A DNA stretch of 64,000 nt, from assembly GCA_041687355.1 (NCBI GenBank), contig JAWLCD010000011.1, positions 2,217 through 66,216 on the forward strand. The letters are read 5' to 3'. The translations under genes and the position numbers were made by a program. Below the pieces are notes generated by a model, which searched no databases, was not told where the DNA came from, and saw nothing but the letters and a program-made list of their open reading frames with translations. Shown piece by piece: positions 58,432 through 64,000 of this stretch. The stretch is from Clostridia bacterium. GTDB lineage: Bacteria; Bacillota; Clostridia; Acetivibrionales; UBA4821. How positions within the stretch are numbered: the stretch's first letter is position 1; every line of letters starts with the position of its first letter.

Positions 58432-60606
58432 ATGCCAATTCCAAATCGTGGGCAGGAGGTATCAAAGGTCCCCCAATTCAGACACACTATAGTGTTCAGA
58501 GTTATTATAAGTCTGGTCATTTTAACCCTTAGTACCATCATATGTATAATAGGGTTTTACAGGAGTATGCCTATTCTAATGGTAATAGGCCTTCTGTTTA
58601 TTGGCCTGGTGTTAATTGACGCATTTAAAAGGTTCAACCTGAAACTGATAGCCATTTTGCTTACATTTACTTATGTTCCGGCAGTTGCACTGCTGTGGCC
58701 CCTTGTTCACCACTTCCATTTTCAGATTATTGATAATTCGATATATAGATTGGAATCACTTGCATTTACCAAGGCTACTTACATCGACGAGTGGTTGAAT
58801 CAAAGGGACAACGACCTTCTTTTCCTTGAAGAAAATATTAAGACATTAAATTACGGAATGTCTTCGGAGTCAGGCATTCAGGATAACCAATTATACATTA
58901 GAAAAACCGGTGAACTTCTTGATAAGTTTACAAAATCATCCCCAATTTATAGAGATGTTTTTATTATGGATATGAATGGACAAGCAGTATTGTCTTCCGA
59001 TAATACTGCTGAACCCGGAGATTATTCAATGCTTGTACAAAACTCAAACCTGAGTCGAGAGCTCATTGTTTCAGAGGTATTTCTGGATTCAAGACAGCCT
59101 GTAATTACTGTCTTTAAGACTATTGAATTTGCAGGGGCTGAGCATATTGCAGGAATAAAGTGTAATTTGCTTGGACTGGAAGATGTAATTAATCCAGTAA
59201 CAGGAACTGACAGGCCTGAAGACACGCTTAAGATATCTCTAGTAGATGAAAATGGATATTATACTATTACAAGCGATAAAGAAAACATCCAACCGCTTAA
59301 GTCCAAGATACATAAAAACTTTTCTAAATATCTGCAGCAAATTGGAAATATGGACTTGTATTATTATAATGATAAGGGCTTAAAAACCGTAGGAGCCTAC
59401 AGCAAAGTTAATAAAACAGGATGGTATGTAATCAGTGAGCAGTCTTTCAGGGAAATAATCTATAATGTAGATAAGAACCTGATGGACGTATTTATAATAA
59501 TGATTGTAAACTTTGCTGCTGTTCTGATTTTTGCTCCTGTTTTTTCCAAGGGGATTACCGGTCCTATCCTTAAGATAAGGGACATGGCAATTGAGGGAGC
59601 ATCAGGGAAGCTTGAAGTGCATCACGAAGAGAAAAGGCGTAATATGTTCGAGTATAGGGAAGCTGATGATACCATGAAGGCTTTCAAAAAAATGATTATC
59701 ACACTCGGTGAACTCAAAGAGTCATTGGAATCAAAGGTAGAGGAGAAGACCCGAATGGCAGCGCAGCTTAAAGAATCAAATGAGGAATTAAATGCTCAGC
59801 AGGAAGAGCTTACCTACCTTAATGAAGCTCTTTCAAAGACCAATGACGACCTGAAAGCAGCATACAATGACTTGCAGAAAACACAGACCAAGCTTATTCA
59901 GAATGAAAAAATGGCTTCACTTGGCATGCTTGTGGCCGGAGTGGCCCATGAAATAAACAGTCCGCTTGGTGCTATCAACAGTAATATTGGAAATTATGAG
60001 TCAATAATCAGGAAACTGGAGTCAAAAGCGGGTAATGATGATGAAATAAACAAGATTACTCAGGACCTCAAGACTCTAAACAATATGAATACTCTGGCGT
60101 GTGACAGGATAATAAAAATAGTACGCAGCCTGAAGAGTTTTGCAAGGCTGGATGAAGCGGAGTACAAGCAGGCTGACCTGCATGAAGGTATTGACAATAC
60201 CATTATACTGCTCAATCATAGAATCAAGGACAAGATTAAGATAATAAAAGGGTATGGCGATTTGCCCAGAGTGAATTGTTATGCCGAGCAGCTTAACCAG
60301 GTTTTTATGAATTTACTTATAAATGCTATAGAGTCAATACAGACCGAAGGTACAATACACATAAAAACCTACCATGAGGACAAGAAGATATATATAAAAA
60401 TCAAGGATAATGGTGTAGGTATCAAGAAGGAGCATATTGACAGGATATTTGACCCTGGATTTACAACCAAAGGAGTAGGGGTGGGAACTGGACTTGGATT
60501 GTCAATAGTGTACAATATTATTGAAAACCATAAGGGGAATATCCTGGTGGAAAGCCAGGAAGGCCTTGGGACTGAGTTTACTATTGAGCTGCCCTTGCAG
60601 CAGTAA
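58432..60606 (+). CDS. Sensor histidine kinase (multi-TM N-terminus, extracytoplasmic Cache-like domain, HAMP, coiled coil, HisKA, HATPase)
   Basis: H-box LVAGVAHEINSPLGAI, N-box FMNLLINAIES, G1 IKDNGVGI and G2 GTGLGLSIV. Confidence 0.9.
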   Translation: MPIPNRGQEVSKVPQFRHTIVFRVIISLVILTLSTIICIIGFYRSMPILMVIGLLFIGLVLIDAFKRFNLKLIAILLTFTYVPAVALLWPLVHHFHFQIIDNSIYRLESLAFTKATYIDEWLNQRDNDLLFLEENIKTLNYGMSSESGIQDNQLYIRKTGELLDKFTKSSPIYRDVFIMDMNGQAVLSSDNTAEPGDYSMLVQNSNLSRELIVSEVFLDSRQPVITVFKTIEFAGAEHIAGIKCNLLGLEDVINPVTGTDRPEDTLKISLVDENGYYTITSDKENIQPLKSKIHKNFSKYLQQIGNMDLYYYNDKGLKTVGAYSKVNKTGWYVISEQSFREIIYNVDKNLMDVFIIMIVNFAAVLIFAPVFSKGITGPILKIRDMAIEGASGKLEVHHEEKRRNMFEYREADDTMKAFKKMIITLGELKESLESKVEEKTRMAAQLKESNEELNAQQEELTYLNEALSKTNDDLKAAYNDLQKTQTKLIQNEKMASLGMLVAGVAHEINSPLGAINSNIGNYESIIRKLESKAGNDDEINKITQDLKTLNNMNTLACDRIIKIVRSLKSFARLDEAEYKQADLHEGIDNTIILLNHRIKDKIKIIKGYGDLPRVNCYAEQLNQVFMNLLINAIESIQTEGTIHIKTYHEDKKIYIKIKDNGVGIKKEHIDRIFDPGFTTKGVGVGTGLGLSIVYNIIENHKGNILVESQEGLGTEFTIELPLQQ

Positions 60607-60639
60607 AATGTGAACGGATTGATGGAGTGAGCTGGAGAT

Positions 60640-61044
60640 ATGCAGGGTTTATTAATAGTTTTTGGAGTACTATCATTCCTATTTTATCTGAAGAGTATAG
60701 TGCTTTATCCTACAATAAGATTAATTGATAGACTTGCCGGCAGTCGGGAACAACAGAAACTGGCCAACAGTCCATGGACTTCCAGGCTGCATTGTGCTGC
60801 AGGAAGTCTGTCATTTGTGTTTGCATTACTGCACATAGTGGATAAGCTTGATAAGATAATGCTGACACCGGGTTACATATCGGCTTTCTTATTATTCCTG
60901 ACCGCATTGTCAGGTTTCTTATGGAAGTATATCGATGAAAAAGAATTGATAAGCAGGTATTGGGGATTATTCCATTACCTGTTTACAGTTGGATTCTTCA
61001 TTAGCTTAGTAGTACATATAATTGATAAGATGCGTATATTATAA
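60640..61044 (+). CDS. Four-TM membrane protein with a repeated H-I-(V/I)-D-K motif
   Basis: 134 aa. [10 protein letters not shown] ends one TM segment and [10 protein letters not shown] ends the last one. A possible cytochrome-b-like/DUF4405-type fold is inferred only. Confidence 0.55.
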   Translation: MQGLLIVFGVLSFLFYLKSIVLYPTIRLIDRLAGSREQQKLANSPWTSRLHCAAGSLSFVFALLHIVDKLDKIMLTPGYISAFLLFLTALSGFLWKYIDEKELISRYWGLFHYLFTVGFFISLVVHIIDKMRIL

Positions 61045-63078
61045 TAAATTACTACTGGAGTCAGAAATTTCAATATCCAGTTTTTTATTTATGCTGCCGA
61101 GGTAAGCTGCGAACTCATGGGAGTACCGAGATATATCACTAGCGGCTGAAGCTATTTCCTCAATACTGGAATTAATGCTGAGTATGGATTGAGAAATATT
61201 ATCAAATGAACCTTTGGAGACTATGGTAAGGTCCATTCCTTTATTTACTTCAACAATTCCTTCCTCCATTTCCTTAACCACCGCTTCTATATTCGAAATT
61301 ACCTGCTTAATCAGGTCAGATATCTGCTTGGAGGCACTGCTTGACTGTACAGAAAGCTTGCTTATTTCTGAAGCAATAACTGCAAAACCTTGTCCGGATG
61401 AACCTGCTTTTGCCGATTCAATTGTTGCATTTAATGCCAGCAGCTGGGTTTGATTTGCAATATAGCTTATAGTTTCATTTACTGCATCTATGTTTTTTGA
61501 TTGGTGATTCAGTTCATTGGTAAATGTCTGAAGGGTCTTCATTTTTGACGAAATATTTTCCATTTGTTTAGTAGTAAGATTAATAGATTGGTCCCCCTTG
61601 TGCAGAAATTCAGATGAAACTTGCATATTCCCAAGTATTCCACTTGACAGCTCACTGATGTGTTTTATATTATCAATAATCCTGTTCTCATGCTCCACCA
61701 AGTGGGACTGAGTTGCTTTCATTTCATTAAATGCCTGCTCAAGCTTCCGGTTCGACTGTGAAAGGTTATTGTTCAGTACTGACATTTCGTCCTGCTGAGT
61801 ATACAGCTTTTCATTTGCATCTTTAAGCTCCTCAGCTGCAAGGGTTTGTTGTTGTATCCGTGCTTCGAGGGATTGGTTGAGCGTACGGATTTTATTTACC
61901 AAGCTGTTAAAAGCATTAGCCATTCTGTCTATTTCAGCAATTTTAATTATATTAAATCTACTTTTTTTGAATAAAACCGAGAGGTCACCTTCAGATCCCT
62001 TCAGCATCAGCTTTTCCAAGAGAGTGATTGGCTTTGTAAGCCCGAATGAAAACAGAAGGGTAAAAACGATTACTACAACAAACGTTGTTAATAGAACAAC
62101 AAAGGGATTCATGAAAGACCTCTCATGGATTACTGATATCAACTCACTATAATCCTGCTCGGTTATTACATACCAGCCTGTTTTATCTACAGCAGAATAC
62201 GCTCCTATGGCTCTGCTGCCGGTAAAATTCTTATAGAACAAGTCACGGTTATTTATCTGTGAAAGGTAGGATTCAATACTGACACCTATACCGGAAGATT
62301 GAAGCTTGTCTTCAGACCACGCAAGAAAAAAACCGTTACTGTTCACAACATAAGTGTTCACAGTATTGTTTGGAACCCTGTCTGAAAGTTTTAAAGAGCT
62401 TATACTTGAGAAAATACTTGAAAGGTCAAGCTTTGAAGATATAATGAATGACCAATTCTGGTTAGTAACAGGTATGGAAATAACAATTGACGGTTCACCG
62501 GTCTCAAGACCTGCATCATAGATACCGTGCTTTACTTCAGTTACCGTGCCTTCAGCAGTTTTATCAGTAGAAATGAGTATATTCCCTGATGAATCCTGGA
62601 TTGAGATTTCCTTATAAGCCTGTGATGATTCTTTTATATTCTCAATTAGACTGCTGATGTTCTGTTCTCTGACAGATGAATCCCGGGATGTAAAGGGATT
62701 TTCTTTCAATTCATTCAAACTGCCTATCAGTTTGAGGTCTTCCTGTCTTTCCTCTATCCATTCATTTATTTCGTGGGCGTGTTTCTGTGAAGCCAATTCC
62801 AATGTATGCGTAATAGAATTGAGGTTTTCAACGTCGAATTGATGGACTAATGACCAGGCGACAGCTACAAGCGGGACAAGTGCAAATGTTGTAAGCAGTG
62901 CTGCCATCTTAAGCTTGAATTTTCTTATAAATAATATAAGGCACACACCGCTTAAAAACAGACCGGCAACCATAAGCAAAGGCTGTGACGCCGTGAAGCC
63001 TGTGCGGGCAATAATCAATCCTGCAATAACCGGTACAAGTTTCAATACCAAAAGTGCTGCAGTACGTGGATTAGCCAC
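61039..63078 (-). CDS. Methyl-accepting chemotaxis protein whose sensor half is paralogous to the adjacent histidine kinase
   Basis: C-terminal MCP hairpin [38 protein letters not shown]. The N-terminal roughly 430 aa align with the kinase (for example [12 protein letters not shown] versus KTGWYVISEQSF). Confidence 0.9.
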   Translation of the reverse strand: MANPRTAALLVLKLVPVIAGLIIARTGFTASQPLLMVAGLFLSGVCLILFIRKFKLKMAALLTTFALVPLVAVAWSLVHQFDVENLNSITHTLELASQKHAHEINEWIEERQEDLKLIGSLNELKENPFTSRDSSVREQNISSLIENIKESSQAYKEISIQDSSGNILISTDKTAEGTVTEVKHGIYDAGLETGEPSIVISIPVTNQNWSFIISSKLDLSSIFSSISSLKLSDRVPNNTVNTYVVNSNGFFLAWSEDKLQSSGIGVSIESYLSQINNRDLFYKNFTGSRAIGAYSAVDKTGWYVITEQDYSELISVIHERSFMNPFVVLLTTFVVVIVFTLLFSFGLTKPITLLEKLMLKGSEGDLSVLFKKSRFNIIKIAEIDRMANAFNSLVNKIRTLNQSLEARIQQQTLAAEELKDANEKLYTQQDEMSVLNNNLSQSNRKLEQAFNEMKATQSHLVEHENRIIDNIKHISELSSGILGNMQVSSEFLHKGDQSINLTTKQMENISSKMKTLQTFTNELNHQSKNIDAVNETISYIANQTQLLALNATIESAKAGSSGQGFAVIASEISKLSVQSSSASKQISDLIKQVISNIEAVVKEMEEGIVEVNKGMDLTIVSKGSFDNISQSILSINSSIEEIASAASDISRYSHEFAAYLGSINKKLDIEISDSSSNLL

Positions 63079-63106
63079 TGATAATCACCAACCTTTAAAT
63101 CAATTA

Positions 63107-63736
63107 TTATACAAAAGGCACATCAGAAATAGTTCTGTGCCGGAGTAATGCTTTTCTGACACTGTAGAATTTTAGTATTGAGGAAGCCGTTGTAAATACG
63201 AGTATGCCCAGGTAGAGTGTATATAAAGAATTCAAATCAATACAAAGCAGCTTGCAGGTCAATATTACACACGGAAGGGAGTAAAACAGTGAGCTGGCAA
63301 TCCTTCCGGGGATATCATAATGAAGAACTGTATTATCTTTTAGCTTATGTCCAGACAAGCACCTTTTAACAATTTCCGAGGAAATAAGGAACTCAAAAAA
63401 TTTATACGATGCCAGCATAGTGAGCCAGACAGGAATAATACCCATCAAATTTAGTGCAAGGTAGGAGCAGAAAACAAACAAAAAGTCGCTCCAGACATCC
63501 AGGTAGCTTCCAAATACTGAAGTTTTATTTGTAAGCCGGGCAATCCAGCCGTCCAGGATGTCTGATATCCTAATAAGGATGAATACAAATAATGCAGTAT
63601 TAACGGCAAAATAAACATAAGGAAACTCCGCAGTCAGTCCTTCATATATGAAGAATACAAAAAGAGGTATAAGTAATACCCTTGTCAACGTAATAATATT
63701 CGGTACTGTAAAGTATGTCCTATATACTTTACTCAT
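63107..63736 (-). CDS. CDP-alcohol phosphatidyltransferase-family membrane protein
   Basis: DILDGWIARLTNKTSVFGSYLDVWSD fits D-x2-DG-x2-AR...G-x3-D-x3-D. Multi-TM. Confidence 0.8.
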   Translation of the reverse strand: MSKVYRTYFTVPNIITLTRVLLIPLFVFFIYEGLTAEFPYVYFAVNTALFVFILIRISDILDGWIARLTNKTSVFGSYLDVWSDFLFVFCSYLALNLMGIIPVWLTMLASYKFFEFLISSEIVKRCLSGHKLKDNTVLHYDIPGRIASSLFYSLPCVILTCKLLCIDLNSLYTLYLGILVFTTASSILKFYSVRKALLRHRTISDVPFV

Positions 63737-64000
63737 TTTTCTCCAATCTGTCTACCGAATTCTATGGCTTTATCAGCAGTATAGTCCTTATATCCAAATA
63801 CATGTTTGTTGGAAGCACTTTCTATACCCAGCGCTTTTTCCAGAGGTTCAAACATTGAAGGTTCATTTTGTCCTCCAGCTGTAATGAAAAGGCCGATTTT
63901 CTTTTCTGATGGGTTCTGAAGGGTTCCCATAAACTCAAGCAGTTTTTTCGATGGCTGCAGGTACCATGGTGTGCCGAAAACCATAATATCGAAGCTGGCT
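63733..64000 (-). CDS. Flavodoxin-like protein, C-terminal part (5' end lies outside the window)
   Basis: The frame stays open to the window edge (...ASFDIMVFGTPWY...), giving a flavodoxin-type FDI-x-VFGTP-x-Y context. There is a 4-nt overlap with the downstream phosphatidyltransferase gene. Confidence 0.65.
   Translation of the reverse strand, partial: ASFDIMVFGTPWYLQPSKKLLEFMGTLQNPSEKKIGLFITAGGQNEPSMFEPLEKALGIESASNKHVFGYKDYTADKAIEFGRQIGEK

Overview
This window looks like a chromosomal core segment of a low-GC, spore-forming Firmicute (Clostridia-like). It is densely packed with housekeeping genes. In order they are: purH (C-terminal end) and purD; a T-box-controlled valS; a dGTPase-like gene; the asp23/amaP/DUF2273 stress module; nusB-xseA-xseB-ispA-DUF212; a roughly 625-nt ORF-free structured RNA; a small membrane protein; dxs; an SOS-box-controlled LysM gene; an isoprenoid pair (ytpB-like plus a polyprenyl synthase); pgsA; tRNA-Pro; comEC; a c-di-AMP-riboswitch-controlled SH3b/NlpC-P60 hydrolase; a T-box-controlled ileS; aroB; nifS-nifU-mnmA; a PilZ-receiver hybrid; cysS; lysA; ispE; gcvT-H-PA-PB; two MCPs; acpS; ilvE; and a sensor kinase. 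The strongest non-coding signal is the structured RNA at about 14262-14887, between ispA/DUF212 and a membrane-protein gene followed by dxs. Its size, synteny and dense base-pairing potential fit the OLE (ornate, large, extremophilic) RNA with its partner oapA. This class is already described, but its biochemical role is still poorly understood. The second notable signal is an unclassified, highly structured element of about 185 nt present twice in inverted orientation (24781-24994 and 58214-58400). One copy forms the 5' leader of a sensor histidine kinase. I saw no CRISPR array, rRNA, transposase or clear prophage. All calls come from reading the sequence and the ORF translations; no database search was possible.
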